A stretch of 57,355 nucleotides of DNA from Methylotenera sp. (GTDB lineage Bacteria > Pseudomonadota > Gammaproteobacteria > Burkholderiales > Methylophilaceae). A model generated the notes under the pieces. The model saw only the letters and a list, made by a program, of their open reading frames with translations, was not told the origin of the DNA and searched no databases. Position numbers and translations under genes: made by a program. Below are positions 30,044-40,761 of this stretch, in pieces (the stretch's first letter is position 1; each line of letters opens with the position of its first letter). Where the stretch lies: contig JAKFEP010000186.1 in assembly GCA_036675645.1 (NCBI GenBank), forward strand, positions 1-57,355, in the 5' to 3' direction.

Positions 30044-30931
30044 ATGTATAGATTAACGTTCTTTATAATGAGTTTGATGCTATCTCCAATCGCATTGGCA
30101 GCCGATGCTGAATCAGCAAAAACAGATGGAGATGCGATTGCCTTGCTGAGCCAATATAAAGCCCTTAATAAATCGTTAGCTAACAACCAATTTAAACGTC
30201 CGCTGGTGCTCAATTCCACCGAAACACCAGAACAACTTAAAGGTGAGATTTATGCAGTCATTAAGTATCCCTTTGCAACCGTCAGCACTGCCTTAAATAA
30301 TCCAGCTAACTTATGTGGTGCCCTTATATTGCACGTGAATGTTAAATATTGTCGCGCCGTTAATAGTGAATCTGGTCCTGTACTTAATTTAAACATCGGG
30401 AAAAAATATAATCAGGAACTAGCAGAAACTTATCCTGCCGCCTTTAACTATCGCGAAATAACAAAATCTGCTGATTATTTTTTGGTCGGCTTAAAAGCTG
30501 CTGAGGGCCCATTGGGAACGCGGAATTATCAAATTTCAATTGAAGCAACGCCCCTTAAAAATAATCAAACATTTTTGCATTTTACCTATGCTTACTCATT
30601 CGGTTTCGCCGGCCGTACTGCGATGAAAGGTTACTTAGCCACCATCGGAAAAGATAAGGTAGGCTTTACAGTAGCCAGCAGACAGCCTAATAATGAAGTC
30701 AAATATATTCAAGGCGTGCGCGCCATCGTAGAGCGTAATACCATGCGTTATTATTTGGCCATAGAAGCTTATGTAGCAGGACTAAATTATCCAGCAGATA
30801 AGCAATTGGAAAAAAGATTACAGCTTTGGTATGACGGCACCGAACAATATCCGCGCCAATTACGCGAAGTGGGCAGAGAGGAATATTTTGTCATGAAAAG
30901 GAAAGAAATCCAGCGGCAAAATGCTTCTTGA
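30044..30931 (+). CDS. Exported hypothetical protein
   Basis: 295 aa, signal peptide ending ALA-A, 40 bp downstream of the cls gene. Confidence 0.7.
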   Translation: MYRLTFFIMSLMLSPIALAADAESAKTDGDAIALLSQYKALNKSLANNQFKRPLVLNSTETPEQLKGEIYAVIKYPFATVSTALNNPANLCGALILHVNVKYCRAVNSESGPVLNLNIGKKYNQELAETYPAAFNYREITKSADYFLVGLKAAEGPLGTRNYQISIEATPLKNNQTFLHFTYAYSFGFAGRTAMKGYLATIGKDKVGFTVASRQPNNEVKYIQGVRAIVERNTMRYYLAIEAYVAGLNYPADKQLEKRLQLWYDGTEQYPRQLREVGREEYFVMKRKEIQRQNAS

Positions 30932-30976
30932 TGAGTGCGTATTGGTATTGTCATGCTTTTTTAAGCTCAATGATAT

Positions 30977-33900
30977 CTATATAGTTTGTTGTTTTCTGTG
31001 AACCAGCTGATATAGGAGTGGCAAGATAAGCAACGTTAGTATCGTGGATGAGATAATGCCACCTATTACAACAGTAGCTAGCGGCCTTTGCACCTCTGCT
31101 CCAGTTGAGGTCGCCAAAGCCATCGGTAGAAACCCAATAGCTGCTACTAATGCTGTCATTGCCACAGGGCGCAATCGTGTGTAAGCACCGTTTAAAATGG
31201 CGTCATCAAGTGTTTGGCCTTCCTCTCTTAGCGTGCGGATGAATGAAATCATGACTAAGCCATTGAGCACCGCCACACCAGATAGCGCTATAAACCCTAC
31301 ACCTGCCGAGATCGAAAACGGTATATCGCGTATCAAAAGCGCTAATACGCCACCGGTAAGGGCAAACGGAACACCACTAAAAACCAATAAACCATCTCTG
31401 ATATTGCCAAAGACCATATAGAGCAAGAGTAGCACGATACCAAGTGCGATTGGCACGACAACCTGCAGTCGCTCACTGGCTGAAATGAGTTGCTCGAACT
31501 GTCCGCCCCACGACAGCCAATAGCCGGTAGGGACTTCCACATTGTCCTCAATCAACGTTTGCGCTTCATTGACGAATGAACCTATATCCCTGCCTCGTAC
31601 ATTGGCCGTGACAATCGTGCGGCGCTTGCCATTTTCACGACCAATTTGATTAGGGCCTTGTACTATCTCCAACGTGGCGATGTCACCCAACGTGACGTAA
31701 GTTGACTCGACATCCGAGCCATTGGTAGTTTTGATTGGTATCCGCTTAAGCGCTTCTATATTACTCCGCTGGCTTTCCGGCATGCGCACTTGTAAATCGA
31801 ACCTGCGGTCACCTTCAAAAATAGTCCCAGCGCTATAACCCCCAATGGCAATGCTTACTGCATCCTGCACATCTGCGACGCTCAAACCATATCGGGCAAT
31901 TTTTTGACGGTCAGTTTGAATGGACAATACAGGTAATCCGGTTATCTGTTCTGCTTTAACATCAGCAGCACCCGGTACTGTTTTCAACAGCTTCTCAATT
32001 TGTTTACCAACCTCGACTAGCGTTTCTGTATCGTCGCCAAACACCTTAACGGCAACATCAGCACGTACGCCTGATAACAATTCATTGAAGCGCATCTGTA
32101 TGGGCTGGGTAAACTCATAATTATTGCCTGGGACTTCCTTAACTGCATCTTCCATGGCGGCAACTAGTTGTACTTTGGTTTGATATGGCCCATTCCACTG
32201 GTCTTGCGGTTTCAGAATAATGAAAATATCAGCAACACTAGGCGGTACTGGATCTGTCGCTATTTCCGCAGTGCCAATCTTTGCAAATACTTTGTCCACT
32301 TCTGGAAATTTTTTAATGGTTTGCTCAAGTGAGTTTTGCATCTCGATAGCTGTGCTCAAACTAGTGCCAGGTATCCGTAGTGCATGCATCGCGATGTCCC
32401 CTTCATTTAAGCTAGGAATGAATTCGCTACCCATTTTTGTAGCTACCAAGCCAGATAAAGTAACGATTGCGATTGCTACCGTGATAAATACTGCCTTATT
32501 CGCTAAAGCCATTTTGAGCATAGGAAGATAGCCTTGCTTTAGTAAACCAATCGCTCTGTTTTCTTTTTCTTCAATCTTGCCATTCATGAATAGGGCGATG
32601 GCTGCAGGAATGAATGTCACAGACAGAATCATGGCGCCTATCAATGCAATCACGACGGTATAAGCCATTGGGTGGAACATTTTTCCTTCAACACCAGAAA
32701 GTGCAAAGATAGGGATGTAGACGGCCATAATAATGAGTTGGCCAAAAATGAGCGCTCGCCTGACTTCTTTAGTGCCTTCAAAAACAATCGAAAAACGCTC
32801 ATCGCGCGTGAGCTGTCTGCCAAGTTTAGTTTGCTCTTGCGCAAGCCTACGTAAACAATTTTCCACTATTACAATTGCACCATCGACAATGATGCCGAAA
32901 TCCAATGCACCTAAACTCATGAGATTGGCACTGACATGATTCGCGAACATGCCACTAAAGGTGAACAACATGGCCAACGGAATAATGGCTGCCGTGATGA
33001 GTGCTGCACGCAGATTCCCTAGAAATAGAAACAAGATCACGATGACTAAAGCAGCCCCCTCGAAAAGGTTGGTGGCCACTGTATGGATAGATTTATTTAC
33101 CAGCGTAGAACGGTTGTAAGCCGTATTCACTTCAACGCCTTCAGGCAAGGACTTGCGAATTTCTTCTAACTTTGCTTCCACCTCTTTTGAAACAGTATGA
33201 CTGTTCTCACCTATCAAAAGAAAGGCAGTACCCAATACGACTTCTTGTCCGTTTTGCGTGGCGGCTCCATTGCGCAACTCTTTACCAATCAAAATATCTG
33301 CCACATCCTTGATCCTGATGGGTGTGCCTTCACGACTGACCATGGTGATATCGGCAATCTGCTCTATATCCGTGACTTGTCCAGGCAGACGCACAAGATA
33401 TTGTTCTCCGCCTTTCTCAATGTAACCAGCACCTACGTTTAGGTTATTACGTTGTAATGCTTGAATCACATCTTGCGAAGTTAAACCATAGGCAAGTAAC
33501 TTTTCGGGATAGGGAGCCACGTGAAATTGTTTGACATAACCGCCAACTGAATTGATTTCGGTAACCCCTTTAACGGTGCGCAGTTGCGGCTTAATCACCC
33601 AGTCTTGCATCTCTCTTAAGTCTGTAGATGTATAAACTGAGCCATCGGGTTTTTTTGCGCCAGGTTCTGCTTCTACAGTCCACATGACTATTTCACCTAA
33701 GCCGGTAGAGATTGGTCCCATCTTGGGTTCTACATTGGCAGGCAGACTATTTTTTGCTTCTTGAATACGCTCGTTAACAAGCTGACGTGCAAAATAGATG
33801 TCCGTTCCGTCTTTAAAAACAACGGTAACCTGTGATAAGCCATAGCGGGAGACGGAGCGCGTATATTCAAGGTTAGGCAAACCTGCCATAACAGTTTCAA

Positions 33901-34105
33901 TGGGAAAGGTAACGCGTTGTTCGGCTTCTATCGGCGAATATCCCTCGGCTTCAGTATTGATTTGAACCTGTACATTGGTAATGTCGGGCACCGCATCAAT
34001 GGATAAATTCTTGTAGCTATAAATACCCAGTAGTGACATGACAACCACAGCCAATATAACGAACCAGCGTTGATTTATTGCAAAATGAATGATGCGTTCA
34101 AACAT
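30977..34105 (-). CDS. czcA: CzcA/CusA family heavy-metal efflux RND transporter
   Basis: IDAVPDITNVQVQINT, GALDFGIIVDGAIVIVEN, GAEVQRPLATVVIGG. Confidence 0.9.
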   Translation of the reverse strand: MFERIIHFAINQRWFVILAVVVMSLLGIYSYKNLSIDAVPDITNVQVQINTEAEGYSPIEAEQRVTFPIETVMAGLPNLEYTRSVSRYGLSQVTVVFKDGTDIYFARQLVNERIQEAKNSLPANVEPKMGPISTGLGEIVMWTVEAEPGAKKPDGSVYTSTDLREMQDWVIKPQLRTVKGVTEINSVGGYVKQFHVAPYPEKLLAYGLTSQDVIQALQRNNLNVGAGYIEKGGEQYLVRLPGQVTDIEQIADITMVSREGTPIRIKDVADILIGKELRNGAATQNGQEVVLGTAFLLIGENSHTVSKEVEAKLEEIRKSLPEGVEVNTAYNRSTLVNKSIHTVATNLFEGAALVIVILFLFLGNLRAALITAAIIPLAMLFTFSGMFANHVSANLMSLGALDFGIIVDGAIVIVENCLRRLAQEQTKLGRQLTRDERFSIVFEGTKEVRRALIFGQLIIMAVYIPIFALSGVEGKMFHPMAYTVVIALIGAMILSVTFIPAAIALFMNGKIEEKENRAIGLLKQGYLPMLKMALANKAVFITVAIAIVTLSGLVATKMGSEFIPSLNEGDIAMHALRIPGTSLSTAIEMQNSLEQTIKKFPEVDKVFAKIGTAEIATDPVPPSVADIFIILKPQDQWNGPYQTKVQLVAAMEDAVKEVPGNNYEFTQPIQMRFNELLSGVRADVAVKVFGDDTETLVEVGKQIEKLLKTVPGAADVKAEQITGLPVLSIQTDRQKIARYGLSVADVQDAVSIAIGGYSAGTIFEGDRRFDLQVRMPESQRSNIEALKRIPIKTTNGSDVESTYVTLGDIATLEIVQGPNQIGRENGKRRTIVTANVRGRDIGSFVNEAQTLIEDNVEVPTGYWLSWGGQFEQLISASERLQVVVPIALGIVLLLLYMVFGNIRDGLLVFSGVPFALTGGVLALLIRDIPFSISAGVGFIALSGVAVLNGLVMISFIRTLREEGQTLDDAILNGAYTRLRPVAMTALVAAIGFLPMALATSTGAEVQRPLATVVIGGIISSTILTLLILPLLYQLVHRKQQTI

Positions 34106-34161
34106 GATGAGGGCCTTGATCTGAATGTTGGAAATGACGCATGCAAATTATTAATGAAGAA

Positions 34162-35661
34162 TTAATGATCATGCGTAGCCACTGATTTACCAATATCGGC
34201 TTTAATTGCAAAGCTATTGCCTGCCGCATATTGCTCTCCAGCAGACAACCCACTTAACACTTCAACCATGTTGCCATCGCTGCGCCCTAACTCGACGGGT
34301 CTTGCTTCAAAGTAGTTGCCATAACGTCCAAATACGACGGTCCAGTCGCGAATGCTTTGTATCGCATCAGCTTTAACTGCTACCGGCACCTCGGCTTCAT
34401 CTATATCAAGTGTGACATCCACAAACATACCAGAGCGCCATACACCGGATGTATTGTTGAGTACGATACGAGCTGTTGCGGTGCGCGTTTGCTCACCTAC
34501 AAAAGCGCCAATGGAAGCAATGACGCCTTCACCTTCAGCATCGAAAGCATTGGCTTTCACCAGCGCCTTTTGACCAACTTTAATATTGGCTAAGTCTTTG
34601 GGATAAATAATGGCTTTAACCCATACATCTGAGGTATCAGCGATGACAAACAGATTATCATTTTCCTGTACGGTTTGACCTGCCGCAACAGTCTTCTCTA
34701 TTACTGTTCCCGAGATAGGGGCCTTGATTTCGTAGCGCGTAGACTGGTTACTATTATTGCTTGAGGCATCTAAAGCCATCAGTTTTTCGGAAACGAGATT
34801 AAGTGAAATTTCCGCTTCACTATAGGCTTGGCCTGCAGCCAAATAGTCTTGTTCGGCTGAGATTTTTTCTTCCCATAGCTTCTTTTCACGTTCCAATGTA
34901 ATTTTGGCTAGGTTTAAACGTTTTTGCGCTGCAGACAATTGACTGCGCAGTTCAGCCAAAGCCTGGCTTTCCACCACAGCGAGCACATCTCCCTTACGTA
35001 CGGGTTGTCCAAGGTCAACTTTTACCACAGTCACCAAACCACCCACGCGCGGCACCACATGAACAATACGATCCTCATTAAATGTGATTTCACCGGATAA
35101 TTTATGCGTAGCTTTGATAACGGCCGAGCCAGCGGTAAGTATCTCAATCCCTGTGCTTTTCAGCACTTCATCCGACATTTCAGTGCGCGCTTCAACCTGG
35201 CCGTAATTCCATTGGTACGACTTACCTTTGTAGTTTGCGGTAATCGCCACATCAAATGAATGGGGCTCATCAACCACACTATCGCCAATCAAATAGTCGG
35301 ATTCCGGCGAAAACTTGAATATTTGAGCGGGTTTGCCCAATCGAGTCAAAGCCGCTGTCACACTGGCAGCATTAGGTGCTATTGGCTGGTTGTTTTCATA
35401 GAGGTAGAACCTGAACTGTGGCGGCACACCTTTTTCAAAAATAGTGACTTCTAGACCAAAGTCATCTTGAGTGAAATATTTTCCCCCATGTGGTCCTTTT
35501 GCGATCTCAGGCGCTTTTTCCGTGTGATCATGCTCTTCATGACCGTCTTTATTACCGAGTGATCTTGAATTGTCATTAAGTAATATAAAGAAACCTAAGG
35601 CAATCGTAATGACAACGACAATCACGATTAAGAGGACTTGTTTGGGCGGGATTTTATTCAT
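34162..35661 (-). CDS. czcB: CzcB-like membrane fusion protein
   Basis: N-terminal TM, His-rich linker, GPHGG domain, lipoyl-like APISGTV, C-terminal HDH. Confidence 0.85.
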   Translation of the reverse strand: MNKIPPKQVLLIVIVVVITIALGFFILLNDNSRSLGNKDGHEEHDHTEKAPEIAKGPHGGKYFTQDDFGLEVTIFEKGVPPQFRFYLYENNQPIAPNAASVTAALTRLGKPAQIFKFSPESDYLIGDSVVDEPHSFDVAITANYKGKSYQWNYGQVEARTEMSDEVLKSTGIEILTAGSAVIKATHKLSGEITFNEDRIVHVVPRVGGLVTVVKVDLGQPVRKGDVLAVVESQALAELRSQLSAAQKRLNLAKITLEREKKLWEEKISAEQDYLAAGQAYSEAEISLNLVSEKLMALDASSNNSNQSTRYEIKAPISGTVIEKTVAAGQTVQENDNLFVIADTSDVWVKAIIYPKDLANIKVGQKALVKANAFDAEGEGVIASIGAFVGEQTRTATARIVLNNTSGVWRSGMFVDVTLDIDEAEVPVAVKADAIQSIRDWTVVFGRYGNYFEARPVELGRSDGNMVEVLSGLSAGEQYAAGNSFAIKADIGKSVATHDH

Positions 35662-35670
35662 GTTAGATTC

Positions 35671-36963
35671 CTAGGGTTTAGCAGTCTGGCTTAAAGCTGT
35701 GTCGCCAACGATACGTTCTATCTCTGCGACTGCCTGATAAGTTTCAAGTAACGCGTTCAGGTATTGGGTTTTTGCTTGGAATAAGGTGCGCTGTGCATCA
35801 AGCACATCCAGAAAATTGAATTTACCTAATTCGAAACCCTTGGTAGCCGCATCATAAACACTTTGTGCGCCTGGCAAGATATCGGTTTTAAAAGATTCAA
35901 CCGCACTGTAATTTGCACTCCAGCGCTCAAATGCTTGAGACACGTTATTTTGCAATTGGATTTCTGTGACAGATAATTCATCTTTTGCTTTTTCCGTGCG
36001 ACTTAGTGCTTCCTGAATATTGCCCTGATTACGGTCAAATAGCGGAATTGGAACGGATAAGCCAAGTACGACCTGATTCAACCCTAACTCTTCATTACGT
36101 CGACCACCAACACTAACCGTAATATCGGGTGTACGTTTGGTACTCTCCACTTCCAGCAAAGCCCTACGGCGATCCACCTCCAGATTGGCACGTTGCATCG
36201 CTGGCGAGCTTTTTACCGCATTAATTAAATCGTTTACAGGCGGTAGATGAGTGACATTATCAACATCACCTAATGCAGATTCAAATACCGGATTTGAGTT
36301 GCCCCATAACGCAGTCAGACGTTTGCGTGCATTGCTAAGCAAGCTGGTTGCATGATTAAGTTCTACCTTAACTGCGGACTCAGCCACTTTAGACTTAATT
36401 TCTTCGACAGGCGATATCTTGCCAGCCAAGACCCGTTTGCTAGCCGCCTCTTTAGCGCGTTGTGCCAACGTGAGCGATGACTGTGCTAGCTTGACCCGCT
36501 CTTGGGCAATTAATACCTCATTGAATGCGAGATTAACTTCAGCCAGGATTTGCATCTTTTTGAGTGCAAGCTCATAACCAGTGAGGTCATAACCCAGTGT
36601 TGCAGCTTTAATCCTACTGTCTCGTTTCCCCCCTAGTTCAATAGGTTGGTTAAGCTGTAATGTGGTTTCTCGCGTTGAGCTGCGTGTATCTTCCAGCGTT
36701 GCAGAGACCGAGGGGTTAGGCCTTGTACCTGCTTGAATCACCACCCCTTGTATGGCTTCGCGCTCTCTGATAGCTGCCGATATTTCTGGATTAGCCTCTA
36801 AAGCAAGGTTAAGCGCAGACTGCAACGTTAACCCATTCACAGATTCAACATATTGTGCTGGTGGACTCTCGGTCTGTTCCTGACTATATTCTGCCCTAGC
36901 TATTGGCGGAAAAATGAATAGTGAAAGGAAAAGTAAATTGATTAATAGCGTATGCACACCCAT
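35671..36963 (-). CDS. czcC: CzcC-like TolC family outer membrane factor
   Basis: QPIELGGKR, SVPIPLFDRNQG, FELGKFNFLDVLDAQR. Confidence 0.88.
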   Translation of the reverse strand: MGVHTLLINLLFLSLFIFPPIARAEYSQEQTESPPAQYVESVNGLTLQSALNLALEANPEISAAIREREAIQGVVIQAGTRPNPSVSATLEDTRSSTRETTLQLNQPIELGGKRDSRIKAATLGYDLTGYELALKKMQILAEVNLAFNEVLIAQERVKLAQSSLTLAQRAKEAASKRVLAGKISPVEEIKSKVAESAVKVELNHATSLLSNARKRLTALWGNSNPVFESALGDVDNVTHLPPVNDLINAVKSSPAMQRANLEVDRRRALLEVESTKRTPDITVSVGGRRNEELGLNQVVLGLSVPIPLFDRNQGNIQEALSRTEKAKDELSVTEIQLQNNVSQAFERWSANYSAVESFKTDILPGAQSVYDAATKGFELGKFNFLDVLDAQRTLFQAKTQYLNALLETYQAVAEIERIVGDTALSQTAKP

Positions 36964-37034
36964 GACACTCTCCTGAAATCAAATAAACGCTGGTATGGCC
37001 AAAGCCATAGCAGCTAATCAAACATTATTTGAGG

Positions 37035-37436
37035 CTAGAATTGTGGTGGTGCACGTGGCGCAGGACGTCGCCGTTTAAAGAAATAATCGTGAAGGAAACT
37101 AGTTGCAGGATAAACGGGTAAAAGAACATTTGTTCTAAACAGCAGAAAACATATTACAAATATTGTGGCGTACAAGGTGAGGCTGTTATCTAAATCATTA
37201 ATCAAGCCATTCGCGACCGTAACCGTGTGCATCGTATGAGATAAATCAGTTACATAATGATTGTCATCATAATCAGCTGAGTGCTCATGCTCATCTGCAT
37301 GCACATGTAAACTAGCGTGTTCAGGCAAATGCTCAGCCCCTGAATGCGTATGAATGAACGGTGCTATAGTTTGCAATAATGCAAAGCAAAGCACAATCAT
37401 CCAAGATAGCTTTTTAAGTGGCTGAAAATAATACAT
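37035..37436 (-). CDS. His-rich CzcI-like exported protein
   Basis: PFIHTH..HLPEHASLHVHADEHEH; C-terminal PRAPP; sits upstream of czcC. Confidence 0.7.
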   Translation of the reverse strand: MYYFQPLKKLSWMIVLCFALLQTIAPFIHTHSGAEHLPEHASLHVHADEHEHSADYDDNHYVTDLSHTMHTVTVANGLINDLDNSLTLYATIFVICFLLFRTNVLLPVYPATSFLHDYFFKRRRPAPRAPPQF

Positions 37437-37540
37437 ATGGGTAGTCTAACAATATTTGGTCACATTCCAAAATAAAATTAAAGTCACTACATCAATTTAA
37501 GACAACCCTACAGCCACAAATTTTGTGGTGCTATTGCTTC

Positions 37541-39580
37541 TCACTTATTAACGGGCATTGCCTTATTTTTTTGCATCAAACTTTTGCATCCAGCTGCACG
37601 CTGTTTAGCCTCTTCAGTATCGCCTGTATCAAATAGGGGAAGAACGCTAGCTAACGGATTAAGGATGGCCAGCAGTATTGAAGCGGCCAGTTTTAAACCG
37701 ACTGGTTTTTTCTCTAACGCAACATTTGGGTCTGAAAAGCTGCCGGTGACGTTTAATGGTACACGCAACGTTAATGGACTGAAATCTTTAGGCAGCGCCA
37801 TGACACGAAGATTGAGTTTCTCCGTTGCAAAAGAAAGTGAGCCCTCTGCCCACACCGTTGTATCAGTAGTATCAACTACCATGACGCGGGGCGTGAATAA
37901 GCCGTTCTTTGCGTGTAAATCCACCACGGCGCATTGCACAGCCAATGGTTCATCTCCTTCAAATAGCACACCGATTGATTCCGCCAGATCAAGCCCTGCC
38001 AATTCAATGCCTAAATGTGAAATCGCACCTTCGTTCAACGCACTACGAATGGTACCGTCCACACTGGCCAGAAATTCAGCAGTGGATTTCCCCTCACCTT
38101 TCAAAAGCGCCATGCCATTTAAACGACCAGATATATAAGGTGGCCGGCCATCTGGCCGCTTTTGCTTTATCCAGCGCTCCAGCCTTACGCCCCTCCAGGC
38201 AACATTAGCGTCCCATAAGGCTTTTGGACCACGCCCATCCAATCCAATATCGCCAGTTAAACCGCCATCTGCGGTTAGCGCTTTGATATTTTTAAGTGTT
38301 AGTACCGCATCGTTTAATTGCAGATCAGCTTTAAAAGGCTTGAGTGGCTCTAAATAACTGGTCTTTAAATCTAAATATTGCATATCGAGCTCGACCTCAG
38401 CATCCATTTTACGTAGTGATGCCAAATCAAAAGGCCGGGTTGGCAATACTTTATTCGGATTATTATTTTCTGAATTTGTACCGAAAGCGGGGCCTAAATC
38501 AGTGATGACCAATTTGCCTGCCAGCTGGCCTTTTAACAGTGGCGTTGCTAAAGACTTATCATAAGAAAAACGACCGTTTAGACGACTTTCGCCGACCGCC
38601 ATTTGGTCAATACGCGTGTGCCAAATTAAGTCTTGTTTTTCAACTTTGCCATTGGTCTTGAATGCCTCGGTGGTTGGCAGGGTAACGTCTACCAAATCGC
38701 CTACCGCTGCTAATGAAGGTCCGCTTAAATTGAAATCTCCCGTAAAATCAGTCGGGTGCAACATGTCCCTTGTCGTGCCTTTAAATTTTAAATGAGCACG
38801 ATCAATCGTAGCGTTAAGGGTTATTGCAGCTGGAAACTCCTTTGAAACATTTTTATCCGCCGTGGATGCCCCCACAGAATCCAGCTCAATTTTCAGTGGC
38901 AAGCCTTGATAGTGACCACTCGCAGTAGCAGTAAGCTTACTGTTTTTTAGCGCATCAGAATCTCGATTTACAGCATTGCCAACAAGGGATAGCTTGGCTT
39001 CGATATTGGATTGCAGCGGCACATCCGCAATAGACAGTGTGCCATTGGTCAACAATAATTTATCGAAAGACGGGAATCGTACAGGTTGATTAGGAGGCTT
39101 ATCACTAAACTGCCAAGATGCGCGACCATCTGCTTGGCGCTCTAAATTAGCATCAAGTTGCTGCGCCTGTAAAACTTTAATTCGAAGCGGATAACCACGA
39201 TAAGCGCGCCATATATCACTGTAACGCAATTTAAGTAGGACATTGCTGCCATCAACAAAGTGAGGTTTTGTACTCCAACTAGGCGCAGCAATATTCAGCT
39301 TGGCTGTTTTCAGTACCAGTCCGCCTAAAAATTTGACATGAAATGGCTGTATTTTTTTGTGTGATGTCTTATTTGGCTGACTATCGAGAGTGCTGGGTTT
39401 AGGTGAGTTGGCTATATCACCAGTGTCGAAACTCACTTTACGGTTCATTAAAGACGATAGCTGTTTTTCAAGTGGCGTAGCCAAAAATGGCCAGCCCAAA
39501 TACTCACCCAAAGCGATACTGATAATTGAAACCGTGGTCAGCGCAATAATGATGTTCTGTGTTTTTGTTAAATTATTCAT
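37541..39580 (-). CDS. AsmA family (YhjG-like) protein
   Basis: N-terminal anchor, LERQADGRASWQF, CAVVD, DTTDTTV, PKDFSPLTLRVPL. Confidence 0.82.
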   Translation of the reverse strand: MNNLTKTQNIIIALTTVSIISIALGEYLGWPFLATPLEKQLSSLMNRKVSFDTGDIANSPKPSTLDSQPNKTSHKKIQPFHVKFLGGLVLKTAKLNIAAPSWSTKPHFVDGSNVLLKLRYSDIWRAYRGYPLRIKVLQAQQLDANLERQADGRASWQFSDKPPNQPVRFPSFDKLLLTNGTLSIADVPLQSNIEAKLSLVGNAVNRDSDALKNSKLTATASGHYQGLPLKIELDSVGASTADKNVSKEFPAAITLNATIDRAHLKFKGTTRDMLHPTDFTGDFNLSGPSLAAVGDLVDVTLPTTEAFKTNGKVEKQDLIWHTRIDQMAVGESRLNGRFSYDKSLATPLLKGQLAGKLVITDLGPAFGTNSENNNPNKVLPTRPFDLASLRKMDAEVELDMQYLDLKTSYLEPLKPFKADLQLNDAVLTLKNIKALTADGGLTGDIGLDGRGPKALWDANVAWRGVRLERWIKQKRPDGRPPYISGRLNGMALLKGEGKSTAEFLASVDGTIRSALNEGAISHLGIELAGLDLAESIGVLFEGDEPLAVQCAVVDLHAKNGLFTPRVMVVDTTDTTVWAEGSLSFATEKLNLRVMALPKDFSPLTLRVPLNVTGSFSDPNVALEKKPVGLKLAASILLAILNPLASVLPLFDTGDTEEAKQRAAGCKSLMQKNKAMPVNK

Positions 39581-39651
39581 AAATGACTTTTATGCTTTCA
39601 ATGCACAAAATACCTCTAAGTTACAAGCTAATTCAATTGAGATCATCTATC

Positions 39652-39667
39652 TGTACGCAAGCGTACA
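39652..39667 (-). promoter_or_regulatory. Crp-family box with perfectly palindromic arms upstream of the AsmA gene
   Basis: Plus strand TGTACG-CAAG-CGTACA; on minus strand 21 nt then TAGCTT. Confidence 0.8.
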
Positions 39668-39708
39668 TAATCGTCAGCAGCCCTCATAAAATTAAAAGTC
39701 GTTAGTTT

Positions 39709-39724
39709 GGTGCGTTATCAGACG
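39709..39724 (+). promoter_or_regulatory. Degenerate Crp-family box upstream of the HDO gene
   Basis: GGTGCG-TTAT-CAGACG, 21 nt, then TATCCT. Confidence 0.55.
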
Positions 39725-39831
39725 GACGCAAGGCAATGACAATCATATCCTCTACTTATAAAAATCCAGGGGGCTGGTGGGTGGCTTTTCAGGCCCCTGA
39801 TTTGTAAAGTAAATGCCAGTAAAGGAAAAGC

Positions 39832-40761
39832 ATGCTCGAGTCTAATTTAATGTTGTCAGTTTCTAAGGTTCTATCACCGAATATTCGCTTAGAAATGACG
39901 CCTCAGAAGGAGTTACAGGTACAACTGTCCCAGTTTAATCAACATCGGTTAACACCTCAGATTATTGATGATAACTGGACGTTAAAAATGTTACAGGATG
40001 CACAGATACTCGTTAAGGAAGGCTATTTTGTAGAAGCCGAACGGAAACATGTTCAGCAATATCTAGCAGATATGCCAGATAATGCAGAAGCGTTTATGCA
40101 ATGGTTTGAAAATTTAAAAACCGATGCACCAGGCCAAGGCGATGCATTATTTCCATGGTTAGCCAAGCATGCTACGCTGGAACAAATGCGCTGGTTTTTA
40201 CAACAAGAAGCGGCCGGCGAGGCAGGTTTTGATGATTTAGTAGCGATGACGCAAGTTAAATTACCGCCGCAAGCCAAATTAGAAATGGCACGTAATTATT
40301 GGGATGAAATGGGTCGTGGCCATGAAAATTCCATGCATGGCCTCATGTTAGCCACTACTGTCAAGAATTTGAACTTGAGACCTACGATTGAAGGGACAAT
40401 TTGGGAGTCACTGGCGCTAGCCAATTTGATGCTGGCAATGGCGGTAAATCGACGTTATGCATATCAATCGATTGGCGCATTAGGCGCAGTGGAAATGACG
40501 GCTCCTACCAGGGTAGTCTACGTAAATGAGGGGCTAAAGCGTTTAAATGTGCCCTTTGAAACTAGAAAATATTTTCAACTACATGCCACACTAGATATTA
40601 AGCATTCGCAAGAATGGAATGCTGAAGTGATTTACCCTTTGGTAAAAGCATCCCCAAAAATCGCGAAATCTATTGCGGAAGGTGCCTTAATGCGCTTGTA
40701 TTGTGGGGCTAGATGTTACGAAAAATACCGGAGTCACTTCGCACTCCCATCTATCCACTAG
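39832..40761 (+). CDS. Iron-containing redox enzyme (heme-oxygenase-like diiron oxidase, HDO)
   Basis: NYWDEMGRG....MH, GAVE, YFQLHATLDIKH (H-x3-D-x2-H) ligand pattern. Confidence 0.8.
   Translation: MLESNLMLSVSKVLSPNIRLEMTPQKELQVQLSQFNQHRLTPQIIDDNWTLKMLQDAQILVKEGYFVEAERKHVQQYLADMPDNAEAFMQWFENLKTDAPGQGDALFPWLAKHATLEQMRWFLQQEAAGEAGFDDLVAMTQVKLPPQAKLEMARNYWDEMGRGHENSMHGLMLATTVKNLNLRPTIEGTIWESLALANLMLAMAVNRRYAYQSIGALGAVEMTAPTRVVYVNEGLKRLNVPFETRKYFQLHATLDIKHSQEWNAEVIYPLVKASPKIAKSIAEGALMRLYCGARCYEKYRSHFALPSIH

Noticed and set aside
37584-38138. 184-aa ORF and the many other antisense ORFs in the track (e.g. 2696-3169, 9916-10260, 32220-32531)
   Set aside because: Shadow ORFs opposite well-supported genes
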